Assembly: GCA_951406725.2 (NCBI GenBank)
Contig: OX597819.1
Coordinates: 25,482,001 to 25,546,000 of the forward strand
DNA: 64,000 bases
Direction: 5' to 3'
Source: Octopus vulgaris
Lineage: Eukaryota
Shown here: positions 52,731-64,000 of the stretch, piece by piece
How the letters are laid out: the number at the start of each line of letters is the position of its first letter
How positions within the stretch are numbered: the stretch's first letter is position 1
Notes under the pieces: model-generated
Told to the model about the DNA's origin: nothing
The model's input: the letters and a program-made list of their open reading frames with translations, nothing else
The model's database searches: none
Made by a program: the position numbers and the translations under genes

Positions 52731-53629
52731 TTTTGCTTTCGCCAAGTAAACGTATTATTTTATCATCTTCCCTCTTATATTTTTTCCTCTTAACTTATTC
52801 TATCTGTGCCGTCTCATTTCAATGTTTTCTTTAATATGGTCTCTGGCATGCTTATATTTCCCCTCCACTTTGTGTCGAAATATTCACTTTACGTTTGAGA
52901 TACACTTTCGTCCTTATGAACAATATGGCCGAATGATTAAGAAGTCCGCGTCGCTATCACGATGTATCAGGTTTGATCTCATTGCTTGCTATTGTAAGCA
53001 AAAGTTATTTCTTACACCTTCGGTTCGACACATAAGCCCAGCAATGAAACTCGGTATATTTAACCTTTAGGCCGGAGAAATGGTTCAAGTGACATCAGAG
53101 CATATACAGTGTGCCTCCTGCATTGCACTGATTCTAGCCGAGAACTACCTTAAGGGTACATGTGTTTGCTCGGCCTCTTGCACATTAAGGAGCAGTTAAT
53201 TCAGTCAATTGAACAGCTGAATCCTCATGGTCGAGCAGCAGAGCTCGGCAGCCCTTTAGTCAACCTTATCATAGATCATTCTGACTAACCGTTAATCTCC
53301 CACCCCCATTTTATTGTGCCTTCCCGTAACTGATCCCGATTTTTCCTCTCTGATTTTAGTTTTGACCTTCTTAAAATATTATCTAAAATATAAGTATTTC
53401 ACCTAGTTATCCAAATGACTAGACAAAGGATCTCTATGTATTTTAGAAGAACAGTAAGTAGTTGGCATTCATGCTTTACACAATTGTATTTACAGTAACA
53501 TTTAATCCTTCATATAGTCATTTTACCTACTAGAAATAGCAATCAAATCTCCATCAAATTATATATGACTATCTGAAAGGACACATTAAATGATGCGATT
53601 CTAGATATATTGTGTTAATTCGTTTTTTC

Positions 53630-53995
53630 TTTTGCTTGTTTCATTGATTAGATGCGGCTATGCTGTGGAAATATTCTCAAGTTTGTCAAATCAATGTAGT
53701 ACTTGCTTTTCAGTCAGATACTGATTTTCTCGGTCTCTCAATCTCTTTTAGTGTGCCCCCTACTTTTTAGAGGTGTATGCAAACCAGCAAGTGATGAAAG
53801 ACAAACACAGAGAAGCAAACAAACAGAACTATATGTATAGGCGACCGGCTTCTAAACAGTCTCCATTTACCAATTTTATTCATCATAACCTATTCGACCA
53901 AGTGCTATTGCAAAATACATTTCGTCAAGGTACCGTATAGTGGAATTGAACGTGAAACCACGTGGTTGTGAAACAAAACTCTTTACCAGACAGTC
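53630..53995 (-). mobile_element. Highly decayed SINE family B
   Basis: Degenerate collinear match. Confidence 0.55.
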
Positions 53996-54102
53996 TTGTC
54001 TGGAATAGAAAAAAATATAGGACAAATATAAAAAAAGTAATGTAAAAAGCTAGAATGACCTTTGAGCATGGTGGTGAGAGACATAAATGACTTAGGATCA
54101 TT

Positions 54103-54471
54103 GGATGGAAGCACTCCGTCGGTTACGACGAGGAGGGTTCCGGTTGATCCGAATCAACGGAACAGCCTGCTCGTGAAATTAACGTGTAAGTGGCTGAGCA
54201 CTCCACAGACACGTGCACCCTTAACGTAGTTCTCGGGGATATTCAGCGTGACACAGAGAGTGACAAGGCCGGCCCTTTGAAATACAGGTACAACAGAAAC
54301 AGGAAGTAAGAGTGAGAGAAAGTTGTGGTGAAAGAGTACAGCAGGGATCACCTCGTGGAGCTTTAGGTGTTTTCGTTCAATAAACACTCACAACGCCCGG
54401 TCTGGGAATCGAAACCGCGATCCTATGACCGCGAGTCCGCTGCCCTAACCACTGGGCCATTGCGCCTCCAC
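54103..54471 (-). mobile_element. SINE family C
   Basis: Family match. TSD ACTTAGGATCATT at 54090-54102 and 54472-54484. Confidence 0.93.
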
Positions 54472-54864
54472 ACTTAGGATCATTACAACAATAACAACGT
54501 AAAAAGAAAGCTCAAATGCCTGGAATGTGTTTTGAAGTCAGATAAGAGTATATTGATCTGAGGGGTGCTTACTGAGTCAAGTCATGAATTTTACTCACGT
54601 GTAAATCTTAATTCCCTTTCTGGAAAATGCTTGCAGGTGATATAAACACCGTATATAATCCTAAGGTTTCTTGTACAAACAGCAATTACACGGTGATTCT
54701 CTAATAAAAACAAATCATTTTGTTATTCTACAGGCTCACAGGAAATTTTGCTTGTATTCATTACATGTGTGCATTCGCTTGTGTGTTTATGTGCGCAGAC
54801 ATTGACAAGATAGCTGGTGTATAAGCATACCATACGGATTCATACGTATATGTGGTGTGTATGT

Positions 54865-54943
<79 letters not shown>

Positions 54944-55076
54944 TGTGTGCGTTCGGTAGGATAGGAACGTTGTTATTCAACAGCATACTAATTATCACAG
55001 ATCAATGAAATTGTAACCTGAAGCTCATTGTTAATTAGTTCACGAAAGCTTAATATATTTAAAGAAGGAGTGTACT

Positions 55077-55107
<31 letters not shown>

Positions 55108-55584
55108 ACGCACAAACACGCATACACACATGCACCACACATACACCACACACGCTCACACATACATAAGTAGATGCAAAGGAAGTCTTCAGTTTTACGC
55201 GAACTCAATGCATGCACATACATACACACAAAAACATACGCACTCATATAATTAGCTGCAGATGATGTCTTCAGTTTTACACAAACTCATTACACAAACA
55301 CACACACACACGCACACACATAACAAAATAGCTTGCTGCTGACACAGTGTAGTTTGGAGTTATTCGACTTCAGTTCCTTTGTTTCGATTTCTTCAAGAAC
55401 AACACCTGTTATTCTTAAAGAAATATTAAGATTGAAAATGAAGACGGATAAATCCAAGTTACTTTGCACTACATCGGTTATTTATTTTAATGTGTTATAA
55501 ATACTCCACTCGTGTAACAAGTATTATGTTATTTTGTTGCTTCATAGTAAGTCACAAAGAAATTATCACCACTCCCAACACGCA

Positions 55585-55646
<62 letters not shown>

Positions 55647-55770
55647 GTGTGTGTGAGGAGAAATAGAAAGCGAGAGAGAGAGGGCAAAGGATAGAAATAG
55701 TGACAGATCCGTATACGCACACTCATTCGCGTGTATGCACATGCATACGTACATGTTGACATGCTCTATA

Positions 55771-56517
<747 letters not shown>

Positions 56518-56867
56518 GTCTTTCAACAAAATGTAAAATAGCCTGAAATTTTACCAAAGTGAGAACCTCTATGTGGTTGATTTGCTTGATAAAATAGCAG
56601 CCAAATCTTCTTCACACCACGCCATCGCATCTTATAAACGACAGATTGGACAATCTGTTTTCTGGTAAAAAATAATGGTATGTTCATGTCAGGAATAATT
56701 ATTGAAGATAAAATTGTGTCCTCTGTCAAGACTGATGTGGGTCAAAAGAAGATGTTGAAAAATACCGTTTTAATTATATGACAAGCTTAATATACATACA
56801 TGTGCATCGCACATGCAAATAGGTACATACACACAGACACACAGATACACACACACACACACACAGA

Positions 56868-56957
<90 letters not shown>

Positions 56958-56962
<5 letters not shown>

Positions 56963-57140
56963 ATCCAAACAAGAAAACACAGAAAAAAAGAGAAAAAACA
57001 GCAACGCGAGGACGTGGAACAATTAAAGTATTATTGACGCTCAGGAAAGAAGGGAAAGAGGGTTTAACGTTTCGAGCAGAGCTCTTCGTCGGAAACAAGG
57101 AGAAGGAAAGATCCCAAGAAGGGAAGACAGAGGAAAAAAT
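56958..57140 (-). mobile_element. Family E copy (core CCGACGA) ending at (TA)n
   Basis: On -: GTTT-CCGACGA-A-GAGC-TCT-GCTC-GAAA-CGTT-AAAC (57062-57096). Confidence 0.75.
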
Positions 57141-59108
57141 ATTTTTGCTGGTGGTGCTCAAGAGATCACATATATATACAGGCACATACATACAAACGTG
57201 ACTGAACTAAACTGGGTTAAATCAAATGATTGTTCCACGTACCTATTTCTGTACATTCCACGGTAATAACTAGAGGGCTCCCTCTTATTCCAACATACTT
57301 ACACGATCATATACATACGCATTTAATTTCACATAGATTTCGTATAGCTGAAGCCAATTACCTAAGGTGTATTGCAGTGAAACGCGAACTAAGAAATTGC
57401 TGAGAGAACCTCTTTATAAATGGTCATGTTTGCACCAAGATTATTTGTTAAATCTATATAAGAAATTTAGGAATGGTGAATTGCACATGATAAAGTTTGA
57501 TAGGCGGCTTCGATTACTTTCTGAAGAATCAGTTAGAAGTGTATAAGAAATGTATTCTTTAAAAATCGATCGGACATTAGATTCCTTTTGCAATAGCTTA
57601 CTAAATAAACAAATGTCTATCTCACAGGAATTCTTTATTTATTAAACAAACGGGAAAACTTTTCTGAATAAAAGTCTTTCAAGATGGTGATGGAAAAGAC
57701 TGGAAATATATTTTATAGTTTTTCGTATTATTAATTTTTGTTTGCTTTTGAATTAAGCTGCAGCTGCCAAGTACTTTATTCTTTCCTTTGCCAATGAGAA
57801 TGTTATGACATTTAAACCAGTTACATTTTGAATCCGTAAGGTCAAATTATACCTCACTCCTACTTAAATGATTCCACTAAGAAACAAAGGAAAGAATAGC
57901 TGTTAAAACCACAAGCTCTGTTTCGGGTGGAAACGGTGTACTTTGATCTGGAGGAAGGAGCTACGTCGATATAGTTCCTTCCTCCAGCTCAAAACATTAA
58001 AAATTTAAAAAATAGATTTAAAAATATTGATTTAAGAATTCTACTTATGTTAGTTCAAAATAACGGTTGTGTAAATTGCATTTTACCACTACAAGGTTGA
58101 TTCAATACTACCATCAACCTATATATATTTACTGTAATATATCGAGTTCAAACTAATCGACTGTACTATTTCTGTGGTAAATATTAGCTGTGTAATTTCG
58201 AAGGAGATCGATAGTTCGATGTTATCGGACAATCTTCTTGGATCTATTTCTAAACAGCTTTTATTCCCCGAAGTAACAGTTCTGATCAAAAACCTTAGAG
58301 AATGGCCAAATCACTCCTTTCATCAAATGTTACACTGCACAGAATTAACAAAAAAAAAGTGTAAGATATTTTCTTCGCTTAAATATTCTTATTCAACTTT
58401 TCTTTCCTTTTTCTCACAAAACACCTCACTCGTTTAGAATTTTTTTTTTATGTAGAATGTTTCTGTATCTTTTTATCACACATTTTCTCAACCTCATCTT
58501 CGTTACAATTTTCCTTCGTTTCTAAAATCTTGTAAAATAGCGTATTTTACTCGTATCAATTAATAGTGATTTATTCCTTAGATTTGAAGAGTTGAATTTA
58601 TAACGGTGAGTGGGCATGAATATATTAGTGGATAATGTATTCCTGTTATCGACCAACGTATTTAGTTATACTTGCAATAATTTAGAGTGTCACAGATAGC
58701 TCACTTGATATGGTATTGGATTGCTAACCAGAGATCAGTAGTTGACCAGCACTGTGTTTATGGCCAATGGGCTTCGTACACACGCAACCACGTGTAAACA
58801 GAGATTACAGGGCTGTAAAATAGAACAGAAAACAAAATCTTCAAAAATTAACATCGACGAGTGGTTCATATTTTACATGGTACGGATTCTAATTTTTCTG
58901 CCTCAAATGCGGAATAGATAGAGTTCGAACTCCAGTTGGATTACTACACGGATGCAGATACATTACACGTAGTAAAAACAAATGGTCGATATTAACCATG
59001 TAGAAGCTTCTAAGTGGTCAACAAATTTCCTCATAATAGCCATATCTTCGCCAAATCATACCCTACAGGAGATTTTTAAAATATAGTATTGCTAGATATC
59101 TCAAAAAA

Positions 59109-59270
59109 GGTGTAGGAGTGGTTGTGTGGCAAGCAGCTTGCTTACGAACTACATGGTTCCAGGTTCAGTCCCACTGCGTGGCACCTTGGGCAAGTGTCTT
59201 CTACTATAGCCTAGGGCCAACCAAAGCCTCGTGAGTGGATTTGGTAGACGGAAACTGAAAGAACCCCATC

Positions 59271-59338
<68 letters not shown>

Positions 59339-59570
59339 GTGTGTATATCTTTGTGTGTCTGTGTTTGTTCCTCCAGCATCGCTTGACAACCGATGCTGGT
59401 GTGTTTACGTCCTCGTAACTTAGCGGTTCGGGCAAAGGGACCGATAGAATAAGTACTAGGCTGACAAAGAATAAGTCCTGGGGTTAATATGCTCGACCAA
59501 AAGGCGGTGCTCCAACATGGCCACAGTCACATGACTGAAACAAATTAAAGAGTAAAAAGAGTAAAAGAGA
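59109..59570 (+). mobile_element. SINE family B
   Basis: Full-length family match. Confidence 0.92.
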
Positions 59571-59779
59571 TACACTGTGTCTAAATAAAAGCTGCAGTAC
59601 CTTAGACCACCACAGTCAGTTACATCAGGGCAAGTCTGAAGTAAAACAGGATTTTGAACTAAACTTGGTCTACAATAGAAAGAACTCGACGAACAAACTC
59701 TTCTTCGGTTGATTTCTTAATGCTTTAATATCATAGGTATCTTTAGACTGAAACAAAGAAGTTGTAATGTCTATACATA

Positions 59780-60192
59780 GGCGTAGGAGTGGCTGTGTGA
59801 TAAGTAGCTTGCTAACCAGCCACATGGTTCCGGGTTCAGTCCCACTGCGTGGCATCTTGGGCAAGTGTCTTCTGCTATAGCCCCGGGCCGACCAATGCCT
59901 TGTGAGTGGATTTGGTAGACGGAAACTGAAAGAGGCCTGTCGTATATATGTATGTATATATATATATGTATGTGTGTTTGTATGTTTGTGTTTGCCCCCC
60001 TAGCATTGCTTGACAACCGATGCTGGTGTGTTTACGTCCTCGCCACCTAGCGGTTCGGCAAAAGAGACCGATAGAATAAGTACTGGGCTTACAAATAATA
60101 AGTCCCGGGGTCGATTTGCTCGACTAAAGGCGGTGCTCCAGCATGGCCGCAGTCAAATGACTGAAACAAGTAAAAGAGTAAAGAGTAAAGAG
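59780..60192 (+). mobile_element. SINE family B
   Basis: Full-length family match with (AAAGAGT)n tail. Confidence 0.92.
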
Positions 60193-60859
60193 TTTTTAAC
60201 AATATTACTCACGAGAAAAGATCTCAGCGATGAAATGAAATTAAAATATTGAACCGATTTGCTGTTTACTTTTCCTTATCTATCGGTGTTGGTCATATTG
60301 ACCTTGAATTATTGATCTATTGCGTCAGAACCAACTTAAGGACACTTTTTGCAGATAATATCACTGCTTTCGAATAAACCACTTGAAATGTAGTAATTCA
60401 TACCAAATGTTATCAAATCAAATAACTATTAGAAGGTACCAGAAATTCTTATATCGTGGTAATAAAATGGTGCAAATCGTCAGATTGAAGTAATAAAATA
60501 AAGTAATGAAATAAAGGGAAAGGCCAACTTTGAGCTCTTTAGTGTAAGTGTAAACTGTAAAAAGCAGCCATTCTTATAAAAGGAAACGAGCAACAGGACT
60601 TTTTAGGAGGTTGGTTGATGTGCTGAAAACAGCAGCCAAATTTCTCTTTAATCATTCTACATCATTTTAAAGACCATGATATATATTACTGCTCTGGTTA
60701 GCTTACTTTTGGATTTATGATACGTGAAATAAAGATGAGATGGTCACGGCTGGAATGTATTTTATGAAAGGTCTTCTTTACACCGGACAGAGACTTATTG
60801 TACAGGATTATTTGAAGACTATTTTCTCAAGAACATTATTGATGCAGGTACATGGTTGT

Positions 60860-61000
60860 CAAAGCAGTTGGTTTCTTGTTAGTGCGTTTGAGTCATGAAC
60901 GTAAAGAAATAGGTTCAATTCCTGGGCCTAGTAGCATGTTGTCATCTTGAGCAAGGAACTTTATTACACGTTGCTTTTGTCTACTCAGCTGTAATGAGTA
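60860..61000 (+). mobile_element. Decayed SINE family I head/domain
   Basis: GGTTCAATTCC B-box; CTTGAGCAAGG...CTCAGCTGTAATGAGT. Confidence 0.55.
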
Positions 61001-61750
61001 CTACCCACGTTCTGGAAGAATCCGCTTAACCTTCTAGACGTCAGAAGGAGAATATTCCCCTGGGTCAATGACGATGGGAAGAGAGAGGGTGTCTGTGTTA
61101 GCTCGCAATGCTAAAAACCCTTAAAGCAATAAATGAAAGCACGGTACATAGTATTAAGACAAGGAATTGAAAGTAGACTGGAAACTGGAAACAACTAGGG
61201 TATTTTTTTTTGTATTTTCTTCCACTGCGCTCCGACCATCCAAATTTATATGTTTGATTAATTGGATTCTTTTAATTTATCAGGTTTTTAATTGACATGA
61301 GTTAAAGGCAGTATGAACGAATGGCTAACAATTTCGCCTCATAATCATGAGGTTCCTGATTCGATTGCACAGCTTCGAATTTAGGTAAGTGACTTACGTC
61401 TAGTCAAAGTAATCCTTTGGGCAAAAGTGGGTGAAATTGAACTGTTCTGAAGCGGTAAGATCGATTGCATCAGTTATTCAATGGTACAGGCTTGTTAAGC
61501 ATTGTGTCACGTGGTTTTGCCCGAGATTTACGTTAAAGATAGAAGTGTCTGTGGAATATGTAACTAGTTTGACGCTAATTCGGATGTTTGAACAGACGTC
61601 TGTATCCTCATCTTCGAAACCGACGGAAATCTATTCAGTTACTTTAATTCTCGAGTAAAGTAACAGGCTTAACCATCGAATTCAAATAATTTTAATTTAA
61701 TTGAAATATTAATTCACTTGAAACAAATACCTAATCGACAGCGTTACTTC

Positions 61751-61800
<50 letters not shown>

Positions 61801-62343
61801 GTACCAGGCAGTGGCTCTCATGGCTTCTGATCTTAACTGATTGGAAGTGTTATCATGTACATTGTTTTGTCTTGGTATAAAAGATGGGCTACAGCAAATA
61901 TTCTGCTCAATACCACAGATTTGCTTGTCAGTTGCTTGACCTTAACCAGTTGAGCATGTCCCTTAGTGGCTGACGATATGTGCATCTCTGATCACGAGCA
62001 GAAGTAGTGGGGGAGCATCATAGCCATGTGTTGAGAGGGATTCTTTGGGGTTTGAATAGTTCACCTCTGGAAACATGGGTGGTTCTTTAAACATCCTTAA
62101 ACAACCCCTATTCAGGGACCTTTTGAGCGGGATGGGCTACTCAACCTGAAGAAAATTCTAACTGGGCCCCACCTGCAAGGTCATGTGCTGTTTATCTTGA
62201 TATGAGATCACCATGTCGCGCACATATGGTTGTGATGCATGTGCCTGGTGTACCCTTATCAGACGGGTAGTCATGATGGGTATATTGGGCTTCGTATATT
62301 TTACCCCAGTGTCACTTTGATGGCATGAACTGCTCTCTCAGTC
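61801..62343 (+). mobile_element. Non-coding family D element embedded in (AAT)n
   Basis: End-to-end homolog of 10365-10881. Confidence 0.88.
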
Positions 62344-62380
<37 letters not shown>

Positions 62381-62381
62381 G

Positions 62382-62446
<65 letters not shown>

Positions 62447-62789
62447 GAAATGTGGCATCTCAAGGCGGTTACAATACCAGTGATCGTAGGAGCACTAGGA
62501 ATGATCAAGAAGGGAACCGAAAATTATATGAGAATGATCCCTGGCTTACCATCCCTGCAAGAAGTGCAAAAGATTGTCTTAACTGGTACATCACACGTAT
62601 TGAGAAGAGCATTGTCGATGTGAGAACTGTTGCTGCTCATGTATTTTAATTTAACTTAAAAAAAAAAAATGAACGAACTATTGAGTTTGGTTTAATGGCC
62701 TACCGATGTATACTATGAGTTTCTTTGCCCTAGGAGTCGGGAAGACACTCGGCAAGAAATGGAAGCAAATTTGAAAGAAGAAAAAAAAA

Positions 62790-62791
<2 letters not shown>
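62447..62791 (+). mobile_element. R4/Dong-type non-LTR retrotransposon 3' end in (TAA)n
   Basis: 62450-62623 translates MWHLKAVTIPVIVGALGMIKKG...LQEVQKIVLTGTSHVLRRALSM* (RLE C-terminus). 3' UTR CCTAGGAGTCGGGAAGACACTCGG, then (TAA)n. Confidence 0.88.
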
Positions 62792-62848
<57 letters not shown>

Positions 62849-64000
62849 TCATTGAAGGCGAAATATATAGTGCCTTTATTTTAGAGAATATACCTATAGA
62901 GGTTTCTATATATTTTGTTAGAGTAGTATTGAAAAACGTGAAGTAGAAGAAATTTTGAACTGATATCAAAAGTACATATTGTACCCGACATGCGTGAAAC
63001 TTCCACATTACACCAACGTGCGTGCCAAATAAAGCAACAACAATACTGGTCTTTTTTTCGCAACTAGCACTTTGGAACGTTTCTTTATTCTGGTACATTA
63101 AAGCAGCAATTGAAGTTTGTTTCTCTGATGGAGCTACTTCCTGTGGATCTGTTTTAAGTTGCCAAGAACATGAGATATTTTCAGACCACTAATACTTAAA
63201 TATTAATATCTTATGCAGCTTAATATTTGCTGAACATGTATTTAAATATATAAACAACTTTGTGTGTGTGTGTGTGTGTGTTAAGTATGTGTGTGTTTGT
63301 GTAGGCATAGATTGTTAGTTTTCTGTGGTAGTTTAAAAAAAATCAATAATGTTATCTATTTTTGATAAAAGAAAGTAAATGATAGTTGTGGTAACATGTC
63401 TGAATATACTTTAAAATATCTATTTGGCTTTGTAATAAGGAATGTGTTTCATGATGGGCTGACGTACAAACACCAGAGGTACGCTGTCTTTAGCTATCAT
63501 TGACTCTTATATAGCTTTCTGGAAGATTTCTATTATTTCTTTCAACAATTTCTTTTAAGCATAAGTGGGAACAACACAATTTGTTCAATGTGTTTTGGAT
63601 GATAACAATCAAAGCTATTAAAAAATACTTAGAAAAAAGGAAAAATGAACATATCACATATATTGCTGTCTTTTCGAAGTGACAGAATTCAAACATCGAA
63701 CTAATGCTGTTTTCAAATCATTCAAATAATTGACAAAATAATTTATATTGTTTGCTGTTCATGGGTACGTAGTTCATATTCTGCTTCTTTTGACTAACGC
63801 CATATATCTATTATATCTTTCAGTGTTGATAAATGCATTTACTTGGAATAAAATGATGCGGTAATAGTAGCAAGCAATTGTATGAACTGATTCAGCCACT
63901 TAAATTCAGTCTATTCAAATATCATGTTATTTTACTTTGATTTATCACTGTCCGACAGATTCCATAATTGTTTCCAAGGAATGCAATAGAGATAACCATC

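Overview
AT-rich, microsatellite- and retroelement-dense animal genomic DNA. The repeat families look like those of a coleoid cephalopod (Octopus-like); this is inferred from recall, not checked. Only one intact protein-coding gene is supported: an intronless SAXO/FAM154 (stabilizer of axonemal microtubules) ORF at 30803-32137 (-). The rest is mostly repeats: several tRNA-derived SINE families (here called A, B, C, I), many with target-site duplications (TSDs); decayed Penelope-like (PLE), RTE and CR1/Jockey-type LINE fragments; R4/Dong-type 3' ends and a non-coding 540-bp element, all inside (AAT)n tracts; two non-autonomous Helitrons; a tRNA-Glu(CTC) pseudogene; and local duplications. Most notable is a set of type I minimal hammerhead ribozyme folds (45005-45078, 45472-45535 and a short dispersed family) next to (TA)n tracts, pointing to a PLE/hammerhead retro-system. 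A second candidate system targets (AAT)n: Dong-like elements plus a possible non-autonomous partner. Nearly all other listed ORFs are microsatellite or SINE translation artefacts. Coordinates were read by eye and may be off by a few bases.
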